From Denitrobaculum sp. (lineage in GTDB: Bacteria; Pseudomonadota; Alphaproteobacteria; Kiloniellales; Kiloniellaceae), in the NCBI GenBank assembly GCA_965232285.1, contig CBDDPL010000004.1:1623893-1687892 (forward strand): a stretch of 64,000 bases of DNA, in the 5' to 3' direction. The notes beneath the pieces are model-generated. The model made no database searches and had not been told where the DNA came from. It was given only the letters and a program-made list of their open reading frames with translations. Below, one piece after another: positions 20,133 to 29,424 of this stretch. The position numbers were made by a program, and so were the translations under genes. Each line of letters opens with the position of its first letter. Positions within the stretch are counted from its first letter, which is position 1.

Positions 20133-20219
20133 TGGTGCCCGCTCCCGGACTCGAACCGGGACGGCCTTACGGCCTCAAGATTTTAAGTCTTGTATGTCTA
20201 CCAATTCCATCAAGCGGGC
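20133..20219 (-). tRNA. tRNA-Leu (anticodon TAA)
   Basis: Reverse complement GCCCGCTTGATGGAATTGGTAGACATACAAGACTTAAAATCTTGAGGCCGTAAGGCCGTCCCGGTTCGAGTCCGGGAGCGGGCACCA folds as a cloverleaf. 7-bp acceptor stem, anticodon loop CTTAAAA, long variable arm, TTCGAGT T-loop, encoded CCA. Confidence 0.92.
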
Positions 20220-20381
20220 TGATGGCGGAATTCCCCATGGGTGCCGGACGTGTTTGACGGCAGGTCTTCTTGTGCCAAAGCGCTGTCGCCAGCGCAACGC
20301 CGATCTGTGTGGGTGGGATCTTTTCGCGGTCTTTGCGGGCAGCCTGGCGATGAAGCGTGCCTGTGGCTCCGGGGCTGGCGG

Positions 20382-20648
20382 TTAGTAACCGGGCGATGCG
20401 GCTTCTGTCGCCTGGTTGAAGGCTTCTCGTTTGAGATTCGGGTCTTTGACCTTAAGGCGGGAGCGGGGAGACGCCATGTGGCTTTCCTGCTCTGAGTCGA
20501 TCAAGTCGCGTGTATCCGCGAAGTCGATCGCAGTCTGGCTGGGGGCGGGCGATGTGACGTCGAGCGGGTCGAGGCCGTCGAGGTGATACCACAGCAGCGG
20601 AACCGCCAGGGGCACGGAGAGCGCGAAGGGCAGAATAAAGTCCCGCAT
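20382..20648 (-). CDS. small hypothetical membrane protein
   Basis: 88-aa ORF with an N-terminal hydrophobic helix (ILPFALSVPLAVPLLWY). No family recognised. Confidence 0.4.
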   Translation of the reverse strand: MRDFILPFALSVPLAVPLLWYHLDGLDPLDVTSPAPSQTAIDFADTRDLIDSEQESHMASPRSRLKVKDPNLKREAFNQATEAASPGY

Positions 20649-20801
20649 CTGAAGGCCCGGTCAATCACCCGTGAGATGAATCTGCTGTGGGAGGGTGCGC
20701 CGAACCCCTGCTTTCAGGACTTTGCCGCCCGGAAATCCTTAACGGGTGTGTCAAATGTCTGGCAGGCGTGCTTTTGCCCTCACGGCCGCCTGGCTTCGGC
20801 G

Positions 20802-21890
20802 TCAGCCGTCCGGCAGTTCCTTCGTCAGCCGCTGTAACAGTTTGAAGAGCAGCGGCGCGCAAACCACGATAATGAAAATCCGGACGATGTGGTGAGTCGC
20901 CACAAAGGCGCTGTCCAGGGAAAGCGACAGGGCAATCAGGCTCATTTCCGCAAGGCCGCCGGGCGCGAAGGCGAGGAAGAGAGCGACGAAGGACAGGCCG
21001 GTCAGGCTGTGCAGGCCCCAGGCGAAGAGCAGTGAGATGGCCACCAGGATGATCGTCGCGCCACTGGCTGCGGCGATGCAGCGGGCCACCAGGCCCATCT
21101 GGATGCCCGAAAAACGGCAGCCGATTGCCGCGCCGACCACCACTTGAGCAATTGCGACCAGTTCCAGGGGTGGATTTGCCTCGGTCCAGCCCACCAGATG
21201 GACGACAGCGCTCAAGATCATCGGGCCGACGACCGCGGCGGCCGGCAGGCGCAGGGCCTTGGCTGCGAAGTAGCCGGCAACCGCGCAGGCCGTGAGAACG
21301 GCCATATCGATCGGCGGGACCTCGAGCAGCGGCAGCCCGACGTTCGGCCTGATCGCAGGATCGTAGGCCAGCCAGAGCTGGAACAGGAAGGGCAGGGTCA
21401 TGATGACCGCCAGGATGCGCCAGGCATGGGTGAGAGAGATAACCCGGCTGTCGCCGCCCATTTCATCGCCGACCGCCACCATCTCCGAGAGGCCGCCGGG
21501 CATCGCCGAGAAATAGGCGCTGATGGGGTCATAGCGGCAGAGCCGGCGAAAGTAGAGAATGCCGATTACGCCAGAGACGATCACATAGAGCAGCAGCGCC
21601 GAGAGGCTGAGAGCCCAGTCGCCCAACTGTGCCAGGATTGCCGGTGAGAAACCGCTGCCCAGCATGATCCCGAGCACCACCACCATGACGCTGCGCAGCC
21701 AGTTCGGCATCGCCACGGGCAGCCCCAGCATGGCGCCGGCGGTAACGGCAAGCATGCTGCCGATCATCCAGGGCAGGGGGATGCCGATCTGAGTTGCCAG
21801 CCAGCCACCGAGACCGCCGAGTACCAGGGAGAGCGCCGTGGTCTTCAGGTTTGCCTTCTGTGGGGCTGCGGCTGTCTGGCTTGGGGGCAA
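20802..21890 (-). CDS. AbrB-family membrane protein (duplicated AbrB domain, COG3180)
   Basis: Ten or more TM helices, internally duplicated. Tentative TTG start at 21890 after an AAGG RBS. The R-rich upstream part of ORF 20802..22301 overlaps the HAD gene and is rejected. Confidence 0.7.
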   Translation of the reverse strand: MPPSQTAAAPQKANLKTTALSLVLGGLGGWLATQIGIPLPWMIGSMLAVTAGAMLGLPVAMPNWLRSVMVVVLGIMLGSGFSPAILAQLGDWALSLSALLLYVIVSGVIGILYFRRLCRYDPISAYFSAMPGGLSEMVAVGDEMGGDSRVISLTHAWRILAVIMTLPFLFQLWLAYDPAIRPNVGLPLLEVPPIDMAVLTACAVAGYFAAKALRLPAAAVVGPMILSAVVHLVGWTEANPPLELVAIAQVVVGAAIGCRFSGIQMGLVARCIAAASGATIILVAISLLFAWGLHSLTGLSFVALFLAFAPGGLAEMSLIALSLSLDSAFVATHHIVRIFIIVVCAPLLFKLLQRLTKELPDG

Positions 21891-21934
21891 AGGAGGCCTT
21901 TTTGTTTCGTTGCTGGCGAGAGGCGGCTTCTGAT

Positions 21935-22534
21935 TCAGGACAAGAATCTGTCGAGATCCCGTTTCAGACTCCGGGCGGTCGTAAAGTGAATGCCGTGCAG
22001 GCCAAGATCCTCTGCGGCCTCGACGTTTTTGGGCGTGTCGTCGATGAAGGCGGCGCGGTCGAGCGAAAGATCGTAGCGTTCGGCCAGAAGACGGAAAATC
22101 CTGTGGTCCGGCTTCTTCAGACCTTCTTCGCCCGAGACCAGGATACCTTCGAACCACTGAAGGAACGCGAAGCGTTCGCGCGCATGCGGGAAGGTCTCGG
22201 CCGAGAAGTTGGTCAGAGCGAAGAGCGGCACCTTGCGGGCCTTGAGGTCGGCCAGTACTTCGACCGTCTCCTCCAGCGCGCCGCCGAGCATCTCCGTCCA
22301 ACGCTCGAAGTAGGCCGCGATGAGATCGCGCTGCTCCGGATGCTGTTCGCTCAGGAGCGCAATCCCCTCGGCAAAACTTCGGCCCGCGTCCTGCTGTTCG
22401 TTCCAGTCGTGGGTGCAGATGCGGCCAAGGAAGTCCTCGACCTCCTGTTCGCTATCCAGCAGCTTGCGGTAAAGATAGCGCGGATTCCAGTCGATCAGGA
22501 CGCCGCCGAGATCGAAAATGACTGTTTTTTCCAT
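21935..22534 (-). CDS. HAD-superfamily hydrolase (subfamily IA)
   Basis: Motif I VIFDLGGVLIDW at the N-terminus (start ATG 22534), ALTNFS motif II, FIDDTPKNV motif IV. Confidence 0.85.
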   Translation of the reverse strand: MEKTVIFDLGGVLIDWNPRYLYRKLLDSEQEVEDFLGRICTHDWNEQQDAGRSFAEGIALLSEQHPEQRDLIAAYFERWTEMLGGALEETVEVLADLKARKVPLFALTNFSAETFPHARERFAFLQWFEGILVSGEEGLKKPDHRIFRLLAERYDLSLDRAAFIDDTPKNVEAAEDLGLHGIHFTTARSLKRDLDRFLS

Positions 22535-22563
22535 GGGACGGGAAGGACTCTCTTGGGGCGTGG

Positions 22564-23790
22564 TCAGGGTTTCATTTCGCGGATGTTGGGATGGCTGAGC
22601 TGCGCGACGAGCCTTTTCAGGAAGGTCTCGCAGGCGGCCAATTGATCGAGGGACACAAACTCGTCTGGCTTGTGCGCCTGTGCGACGGAACCAGGGCCGC
22701 AGATGATGGTCGGGATGTTCTGCCCCTGAAAAAAGCCGGCTTCCGTGCTGAAAGCGACTTTGGTTGTGGCATTGGCCTGGGCGCAGGTCTTCACCAGAGT
22801 GACCAACTCGCTGTCTTCGGCGAGGGTGAAGGCGGGATAGAAGCAGAGCTGCTCCCACGCGAAGCCGCAGTCCTCCTTGATCGCTTTCATGTCGGGCTCG
22901 ATCCGGGTTCGGGCGTGGGCTTCGACCTCCGCGAAGAGCGCCTCGACATCGTCCTGCGGCAGATTGCGGAACTCGAACTCGAAGCTGCAGTCCTTGGGCA
23001 CGATGTTAAGGGCGGTGCCGCCCTGGATGATGCCGACCTGGATCGTCGTATAGGGCACGTCGTAGTCGTGGTCGAAGGGGCCTTCCGCCGCCTTGCGCCG
23101 GGCCATCTCATCCAGATGGGTGATCAGGCGGGCCGCGGCTTGAACCGCGTTCACGCCCTGCGGCGCCAGGGAAGAATGGCACTCGAAGCCGCGCACATCA
23201 CAACGGTAACCGACGCCGCCCTTGTGGCCGGTGACCACCTGCATCTGGGTGGGCTCGCCGATAATGCAGGCCTGTGGCCGGATATCCTGTTCCTGCAGAA
23301 AGCGCATCAGGCGCTTGGCACCGCCGCAGTCGACTTCCTCGTCGAAAGAGATACAGATGTGGATCGGGATCTGCAGGTCAGCTTCTACGAAGCGAGGAAC
23401 CGCCGCCAGCACCATGCCGATGAAGCCCTTCATGTCGCAGCTTCCGCGACCGTAGAGGCGGCCGTCCTCGACCCGGGCGCGCCAGGGGTCGGAGCTCCAG
23501 TTCTGTCCGTCCACCGGTACCACGTCGCTATGCCCTGAAAGGGCGATGCCACCGCGGTCTTTCGGTCCGATGGTCGCATAGAGATTCGCCTTGTCGCCGT
23601 GCGCGTCGAAACTGAGCTCGGCCTCAATGCCGAAGCCGGCCAGATAGGCTTTCACGTCCTCGATCAGCTCGAGGTTGGAGTTGCGGCTGGTGGTGTCGAA
23701 AGCGATGAGGCGTTCGATCATCGCCAGGCTCTCCGGTGACACCTGAGCGGTGGCGCGATCGGGCTGGAGAGCATCGTCGGTGAGGAGCAT
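22564..23790 (-). CDS. M20-family deacylase (acetylornithine deacetylase ArgE type)
   Basis: LSGHSDVVPV, GRGSCDMKG and FDEEVDCGG metal-ligand blocks. Start taken at ATG 23790; ATG 23721 (MIERLIAF) is also possible. Confidence 0.85.
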   Translation of the reverse strand: MLLTDDALQPDRATAQVSPESLAMIERLIAFDTTSRNSNLELIEDVKAYLAGFGIEAELSFDAHGDKANLYATIGPKDRGGIALSGHSDVVPVDGQNWSSDPWRARVEDGRLYGRGSCDMKGFIGMVLAAVPRFVEADLQIPIHICISFDEEVDCGGAKRLMRFLQEQDIRPQACIIGEPTQMQVVTGHKGGVGYRCDVRGFECHSSLAPQGVNAVQAAARLITHLDEMARRKAAEGPFDHDYDVPYTTIQVGIIQGGTALNIVPKDCSFEFEFRNLPQDDVEALFAEVEAHARTRIEPDMKAIKEDCGFAWEQLCFYPAFTLAEDSELVTLVKTCAQANATTKVAFSTEAGFFQGQNIPTIICGPGSVAQAHKPDEFVSLDQLAACETFLKRLVAQLSHPNIREMKP

Positions 23791-23933
23791 GGAATGGCCT
23801 GGAACTGACACAAGGGGACTGGGCGAGAGATCTGAAAAGCATGTCAGAGCCGAGTTGGGAAAACCAGACCCATGGACGCGGGGCTGGCCTGCGTGGTGCG
23901 CGCCGCTCGCAGCTCCGGTCATCCCGCGCGCAG

Positions 23934-24905
23934 TCAGACTGCCGCGATGGGGTTTGGCGGGCGTGGTCCGCTGTCGGGATTGATCGGCGTGGCGGGGTAG
24001 GAAAAGGCCGCGACCTCCTCCTGGACCCAGGCGCGGAAGGCGCAGATCTTGGGCTGATCCGCGGTCTCTTCCGGCGTCACAAGGTAGTAGCTGAAGGGTG
24101 CAGGTATCACCGGACCGAAGGGGCAGATCAGCCGGCCGGCCGCCAGGTCGTCGCCGATCAGCGAGGTTCGGCCCAGGGCCACGCCATGGCCTTCGATGGC
24201 GGCCTGAATGACCATGCTGGAATGGCTGTAGGCCGGCCCGCGCTCCGGATCCACGCCCTCGGTGCCCGCGGCGCGCAGCCAGCCCTGCCAGTCGTTTGCG
24301 GAGGCATCGGTCCGGGCCATGTCTTCATGCAGCAGGATATGGTGACGAAGATCTTCGGCGCATTTTAGCGGCCGTTCGCTTTCCACCAGCCTTGGGCTGC
24401 AAACCGGAAAGATCCGGTCGCCCATCATGGGGTCGACCCGAAGCCCGGAATACTTTCCCGTGCCGTAGCGGATCGCCATGTCGAAGTCGTCCTGATCGAA
24501 GTCGACAATCTGGTCGTTGGCCGAAACCAGCACGTCGATGGCCGGGTTCTGCTCGCTGAAGCGGGGCAGGCGCGGCAGCAGCCACTTGGCGCCGAACGAG
24601 GGCAGCACGCTGATCTTGAGGTTGCCGGTCTTATCCTGGCCGCGCAGCCGCAAAGTCGCCCGGCCCATCATGTCGAAGGCGTCCCGCAACTCCGGAAAAT
24701 AGGCCTGGCCGGCGTCGGTGAGGAGGAGGCGGCGGTTCAGGCGTCGGAAAAGCTGGAGTCCGAGGTGGGCTTCCAGGCTTTTGATCTGGTGGCTGACTGC
24801 CGCCTGGGTCACGAAGAGCTCCTCGGCCGCCTTGGTGAAGGAGAGGTGACGGGCCGCAGCTTCGAAGGCGCGCAGCGCGTTGAGCGGTGGAAGTTTACGA
24901 ACCAT
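23934..24905 (-). CDS. LysR-family transcriptional regulator (GcvA subfamily)
   Basis: N-terminal LPPLNALRAFEAAARHLSFTKAAEELFVTQAAVSHQIKSLE helix-turn-helix. Confidence 0.9.
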   Translation of the reverse strand: MVRKLPPLNALRAFEAAARHLSFTKAAEELFVTQAAVSHQIKSLEAHLGLQLFRRLNRRLLLTDAGQAYFPELRDAFDMMGRATLRLRGQDKTGNLKISVLPSFGAKWLLPRLPRFSEQNPAIDVLVSANDQIVDFDQDDFDMAIRYGTGKYSGLRVDPMMGDRIFPVCSPRLVESERPLKCAEDLRHHILLHEDMARTDASANDWQGWLRAAGTEGVDPERGPAYSHSSMVIQAAIEGHGVALGRTSLIGDDLAAGRLICPFGPVIPAPFSYYLVTPEETADQPKICAFRAWVQEEVAAFSYPATPINPDSGPRPPNPIAAV

Positions 24906-25049
24906 GAATTCGGATAAATTTATCTAATCTGAAGCATCAGATAACATCGTTTGAACAACAACACAATAACTCATAAATTCGGACCATAGAAAAAGACGGA
25001 ATGCCCGGCCGGAAATCGGTCCCGCCGGACCTGCAAGAGGAGATGAGAG

Positions 25050-25292
25050 ATGACGAATTTTTCTTTGCACACGCACGAACGGCCCCTCGGGATCGCCCTG
25101 AAGAACCCGCTTGATTTTCTGCTTCTGGCGCCGCGCGTCCTCCTCTATGTCTTTAATATTCTGTTAGTTTGGCAGGAGCGCGCCACTGAACGCCACCATC
25201 TGGCCTCGCTCAGCGATAAACGTCTGCGGGATATCGGCTTGAGCCGGGCGGACATCGGAAGCGAGATCGCCAAACCCTTCTGGCGGGCGTGA
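25050..25292 (+). CDS. DUF1127 domain protein
   Basis: C-terminal LSDKRLRDIGLSRADI motif characteristic of DUF1127. Divergent from the LysR gene. Confidence 0.75.
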   Translation: MTNFSLHTHERPLGIALKNPLDFLLLAPRVLLYVFNILLVWQERATERHHLASLSDKRLRDIGLSRADIGSEIAKPFWRA

Positions 25293-25934
25293 CCGGACGC
25301 GTCGAAGCCGTGAAACAGCCGGCGGGGCAACCGCCCCGCCGATGACTCAAAAATTGTATCCATACATTATCCAGGTTAGGGCAAGTTCAAATCAGTTCCC
25401 TGCTTAACCGGCTTGCCCCGGCCTGCCTTCGGTGCTGCCGTTTCCGCCGAAAGTCTGATCATCCCCTTACCGCCGATCAGGCTGCCGCTCCCCAAAGCCA
25501 GGCGGAAACGTGCAGCCCTCTTTTTGCCGCCACCGCGCGTCAGTTCCTTCGCTTTTGACCGAGTTTTGTCACAGTCCCGCCGGACGCTCTTCCGCATTGG
25601 GGGCAGCGAGGCGGATTTGTCCTCTGGCTGCGAAGGCTATCCGGGTGAAGTCTGCTTTCCTGTGCACTGCCGCTGTAGGCTTTCGTGCGTTTGAGAGGCA
25701 GAAGGCGGTATGAGTTGTATAGACAAGCTCTAGACAAGCTCTGCAGCCGGTCCCGATTTCCAAATCACCGCGCCAATCGCGTGAGTGCGCCAGTCGGTTG
25801 AGACTGGGGCAGTTGAGCTGAGGCCAGTTGAGGTTGGGGCATTAGAGACTGGAGCCGGTCGCGATCGCGGTCAGTTGCGATCGCGGCGCGCTTCGTTGTA
25901 AGCCTTGCGCCAATCACCTTGCGGGAGACACAGC

Positions 25935-26327
25935 ATGGAACGCTTCACCGGCGGCTGCCTCTGCGGCGCGGTTCGGATCGTCGCCTCGGGCGCGCCCTAC
26001 CGGGTCGGCCTTTGCCACTGCCTCGACTGCCGTAAGCACCACGGCGCCCTCTTTCATGCCTCCGCGATCTTCCCGCAGGAGGCGGTGTCGGTGGAAGGGG
26101 AGACGCGTGACTACGCCGGGCGCTTCTTCTGTCCGCGCTGCGGCTCCTCGGTCTTTTCGCGCTCGGATGACGAGATTGAAGTGCACCTGGGCACGCTGGA
26201 TGCCCCCGACCAGTTGGCGCCGAGCTACGAGCTCTGGACGATCCGCCGCGAGTCCTGGTTGCCGCCCTTTCCGCTCAAGAAGAGCTACGAACACGATCGC
26301 GAGTCGGCGGAACGCTCTGAAGATTAA
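25935..26327 (+). CDS. GFA / CENP-V family protein
   Basis: GGCLCGAVR...CHCLDCRKHHGA...CPRCGS zinc-binding cysteine pattern. Start at ATG 25935. Confidence 0.85.
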   Translation: MERFTGGCLCGAVRIVASGAPYRVGLCHCLDCRKHHGALFHASAIFPQEAVSVEGETRDYAGRFFCPRCGSSVFSRSDDEIEVHLGTLDAPDQLAPSYELWTIRRESWLPPFPLKKSYEHDRESAERSED

Positions 26328-26336
26328 ACGGCAGCG

Positions 26337-27104
26337 TCAGACGATGAACTGCTCCTTCACGATCCGCTCCTCCAGGGAGTGTTCGGGATCGAACAGCAGA
26401 TGCAGGTCGACGGTGGTGTCCTCGTAGACCGAGACCTCCTTCACGTCGCGCACCTCGGTGTAGTCTGCGGTGGCGCTGACCGGGCGCTTGACCGGGTCAA
26501 CCACCTCGAAGGAGATGCGCGCGGTGTTCGGCAGCAGGGCGCCGCGCCAGCGCCGGGGACGGAAGGCACTGATCGGGGTGACCGCCAGCAGGGCGGCGCG
26601 AATGGGCACGATGGGCCCGTGGGCCGAGAGGTTGTAGGCGGTGCTGCCGGCCGGGGTGGCGACGATGATGCCGTCGCAGATCAACTCGGCCATGCGCTCG
26701 ATGTCATCGATCTTGATGTTCAGTTTGGCGGCCTGGCGGCTCTCGCGCAGCAGCGAGACCTCGTTGATGGCCAGCGCGTTGTGGCTCTGTCCCTCGACGG
26801 TGCGGGCGGTCATGCGCAAGGGGTGCAGGGTGGCCGTGCGGGCAGACACCACCCGCTCCAGCAGGCCGTCTTCCTCGTACTGGTTCATGAGGAAGCCGAC
26901 CGTGCCGCGGTTCATGCCGTAGATCGGCACGGCGCGTTCCAGGTGGGCGTGCAGGGTCTCCAGCATGAAGCCGTCGCCGCCCAGGGCGACGATGATGTCG
27001 GCCTCCTCCGGCGCGACGTGGCTGTAGCGCCGCTTCAGCCGTGCGAGCGCGTCATCGGCGTGATCGGTCCCGTTGGCGACGAAGGCGAGGCGGGGATCGC
27101 TCAC
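26337..27104 (-). CDS. nadK: NAD+ kinase
   Basis: [10 protein letters not shown] (GGDG motif), NRGTVGFL and [13 protein letters not shown] blocks. Confidence 0.9.
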   Translation of the reverse strand: MSDPRLAFVANGTDHADDALARLKRRYSHVAPEEADIIVALGGDGFMLETLHAHLERAVPIYGMNRGTVGFLMNQYEEDGLLERVVSARTATLHPLRMTARTVEGQSHNALAINEVSLLRESRQAAKLNIKIDDIERMAELICDGIIVATPAGSTAYNLSAHGPIVPIRAALLAVTPISAFRPRRWRGALLPNTARISFEVVDPVKRPVSATADYTEVRDVKEVSVYEDTTVDLHLLFDPEHSLEERIVKEQFIV

Positions 27105-27245
27105 GGTTTCCCTCTTGTCATGGCTGGACTCCTGCTCATCTGTCGTCCCTTGATCTGCGCGGCTTGTGATGAAACTTCATTTGCCAAAGATCTGATGTGA
27201 ATGCACTTTAACGCAAGAACAAACAATCTAACGCAAGAACAATCA

Positions 27246-27752
27246 ATGCGAACGGGAGAGGATATGTTTCGAACCTGCGTGACGGCCGCTGTTATGATCC
27301 TGGCGATGATCGCCGCGGCGGATGACAAAGCGGCCCGGGCGGAAGACCGCCATGCCGGCTACTACTATCCCGAACCCGGTTCGCGCGAAGTCTACAAGGC
27401 CCGCGCGCAGATCTTGCCCGGGGTCGGGCGCGCGCAGCGTATCGGCTTCGTCACCGGTATCACCAATGAAAAGCTGAAGAGCCCCTATCCGCCGGAGGCT
27501 GCCATCTTCGCCAAGGGGGAGCAGGCCGAAAAGCTGATCATCGTCGCCCTGCAGGACGAGCGCATCGACACGCTTTATCGTGCCCGCGCCATCTTCGCCA
27601 ATATGACCGCGGTTGCGCGTGTCCTGCCGGTGTTTCAGGAGTTCGGGGTACAGGACTGGTTCACCTTCTTCGATCTGGCCAAGATGCTGGGCTTCAAGCA
27701 GATCACCATCTCCAACGGGCGTGAGTTCGCGCACCAGGTGATGATCGAGTAG
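27246..27752 (+). CDS. secreted hypothetical protein
   Basis: Signal-like N-terminus (TAAVMILAMIAAADD...). Balanced composition, GC3-rich. Start ATG 27246 or 27264. Confidence 0.6.
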   Translation: MRTGEDMFRTCVTAAVMILAMIAAADDKAARAEDRHAGYYYPEPGSREVYKARAQILPGVGRAQRIGFVTGITNEKLKSPYPPEAAIFAKGEQAEKLIIVALQDERIDTLYRARAIFANMTAVARVLPVFQEFGVQDWFTFFDLAKMLGFKQITISNGREFAHQVMIE

Positions 27753-27801
27753 CGGGGTGGCTTCCGGTGCATAAGGTGATCCTATCTCTGACGAGCCTGT
27801 C

Positions 27802-28092
27802 ATGAGCGCGTCCGGCGCAGAGTCGTTCCTCGACCGCCCTGTTGCCCGCCTGACCGCGCTGGGCGTGGCGGGAGTCGTCATCGCCCTGTTGCTCTACATC
27901 AACCGTGCCGACCTGCTGCCCGGCGCCGAACCCGAGCTCTCGCCGGCCGAGGCGGCATATCGGGCCTGCGTCACGGAACGCCACGGCCAGATCGACGGCA
28001 TGATCGCGGAGGGCGTCGTGAACGAGTCCCAGGCCGCCAGCTTCAAGGCACGCGCGGAGGCCCTTTGCCGGGCGACGGCACCGGCAAACTAG
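27802..28092 (+). CDS. small membrane-anchored hypothetical protein
   Basis: One TM helix (LTALGVAGVVIALLLYI) and a helical tail with two Cys. The stop codon lies inside the first unit of the 31-bp tandem repeat. Confidence 0.5.
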   Translation: MSASGAESFLDRPVARLTALGVAGVVIALLLYINRADLLPGAEPELSPAEAAYRACVTERHGQIDGMIAEGVVNESQAASFKARAEALCRATAPAN

Positions 28093-28175
28093 AACGAGCC
28101 GGGCGACGGCACCGGCAAACTAGAACGAGCCGGGCGACGGCACCGGCAAACTAAAAACGCGCCGGGCGACGGCAC
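28068..28175. repeat. 31-bp tandem direct repeat, about 3.5 copies
   Basis: CCGGGCGACGGCACCGGCAAACTAGAACGAG at 28068-28098 and 28099-28129 (identical). A variant copy is at 28130-28160 and a partial copy at 28162-28175. Confidence 0.9.
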
Positions 28176-28211
28176 GTTGAAGCTAAGAATTCAAATCGAC
28201 GAGACGGAATC

Positions 28212-29333
28212 ATGACCGAGACCAGCGCTGTGCAGATCGAAACGGCCGAGGTGATCCTGCCCTGTAGCGACCTGCCGGCCACCATGGCCTTCTTCAACGA
28301 CCGGCTGGGTTTTCGTCTGGACGCCATCTTCCCGGCGGACGATCCTGCGACCGCGGTGATCTCCGGCCACGGCCTGCGCATTCGTCTCTCGCGCGGCGCC
28401 GAACTTGAGCCTGGTCAGGTCACTTTGCGCTGTGCCGACCCAAGGGCGGTGGCTGACGGCGAGACCGAGCTGACCGCACCCAACGGCACCCGCATCGAAC
28501 TGTTGGAGGCCGATCCGCCGCTGGCCCTGCCGCCGATCGACCAGTCCTTCTTGGTGACCAAACTGGATGGCAGCGGTGCCTGGGGCACCGGCCGCGCGGG
28601 CATGCAGTACCGCGACCTGATCCCGAACCGCCAGGGCGGCCGCTTCATCGCCTCCCACATCGCCATCCCCGACGGCGGCCTGGTGCCCGATATGGTGCAC
28701 TTCCACAAGGCGCGCTTTCAGATGATCTACTGCTACAAGGGCTGGGTGCATCTCTTGTATGAGGACCAGGGCCCTCAGTTCACCATGAAGGCCGGCGACT
28801 GCGTCCTGCAGCCGCCGGAGATCCGCCACCGCGTCCTGGAATGCTCCCCCGGCTTCGAGGTCATCGAAATCGGCTGCCCCGCCGATCACATGACCTGCAT
28901 CGATCATGACATGCCACTGCCGAACGGCAGGGTGGATCCGGATCGGGTCTTTAGCGGCCAGCGATTTGTGCGGCACCAGGCGGACAAGACGGCCTGGCAG
29001 GCGGGGCGTCTGGAAGGCGTCGAGGTTCGAGACATCGGCATCGCCGCCGCGACGGACGGTCTGGCGAGCGCGCAGGTCTGGCGGTTGGGGGAAGGCGTGA
29101 CCAGCGTGCCGGCGGTCAAGCATGCGGCGGAGTTTGTGTTCTACTTTGTGTTGGAGGGCTCGGTGACCCTGAAGGCCGAAGGGCAGGGGACGCAGGCTTT
29201 GGGGGCGGGGGATAGCTTCGTGATTCCGGAGGGGATGGTCTTCGGGATGGAAAGGGTGTCGGAGGATCTGGAGTTGCTGGAGGTGGCGTTACCGGCGGGG
29301 TATGGCTTTGAAATTGCTGACGTTTCGCTCTGA
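28212..29333 (+). CDS. cupin-domain protein with N-terminal glyoxalase/VOC-like fold
   Basis: N-terminal LPCSDLPATMAFFNDRLGFRLD (VOC-like). Two cupin-like beta-barrel segments (e.g. EFVFYFVLEGSVTL...GDSFVIPEG). Confidence 0.7.
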   Translation: MTETSAVQIETAEVILPCSDLPATMAFFNDRLGFRLDAIFPADDPATAVISGHGLRIRLSRGAELEPGQVTLRCADPRAVADGETELTAPNGTRIELLEADPPLALPPIDQSFLVTKLDGSGAWGTGRAGMQYRDLIPNRQGGRFIASHIAIPDGGLVPDMVHFHKARFQMIYCYKGWVHLLYEDQGPQFTMKAGDCVLQPPEIRHRVLECSPGFEVIEIGCPADHMTCIDHDMPLPNGRVDPDRVFSGQRFVRHQADKTAWQAGRLEGVEVRDIGIAAATDGLASAQVWRLGEGVTSVPAVKHAAEFVFYFVLEGSVTLKAEGQGTQALGAGDSFVIPEGMVFGMERVSEDLELLEVALPAGYGFEIADVSL

Positions 29334-29424
29334 ACAGGTTTTGGCGTCCCTCCAAAACACTAGCGCCATTACTCCGATCCAAGTCACCCTCCATCTTGAG
29401 TTTATCCTTTGGAGTTGCGCTTGG

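Larger units (their letters stand above)
14171..20219 (-). mobile_element. degenerate tRNA-Leu-associated genomic island / prophage remnant, no integrase
   Basis: Bounded by an intact tRNA-Leu(TAA) (20133-20219) and a 57-bp exact direct repeat of its 3' end (14171-14227). Contains a phage portal-like fragment and phage-type genes. About 850 bp next to the distal repeat has no long ORF. Confidence 0.7.

Noticed and set aside
21891-22301. N-terminal extension of ORF 20802..22301 overlapping the HAD gene.
   Set aside because: It is R/G-rich and lies antisense-frame-wise over a well-supported HAD hydrolase on the same strand. The membrane protein plausibly starts at TTG 21890, just after the HAD stop codon.
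25380-25900. Cluster of overlapping 60-93 aa ORFs and a degenerate short repeat (CAGTTGAG-like units at 25791-25854, GCGATCGCGG twice at 25861-25884).
   Set aside because: The ORFs overlap one another on both strands and are K/R- or G/A-rich. The repeat units are too short and degenerate to interpret. Left as unexplained non-coding sequence.
28068-28175. 31-bp tandem repeat considered as a mini-CRISPR.
   Set aside because: The units are directly adjacent with no spacers, so it is a plain tandem repeat.
29334-29424. Looked for ZorC/ZorD/ZorE-like or any effector ORF downstream (29334-29424) and upstream (32649-33550) of the ZorAB-like pair.
   Set aside because: Downstream there are only 91 bp before the convergent cupin gene. 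Upstream there is only the AT tract and a 45-codon ORF. No such gene is present in cis.
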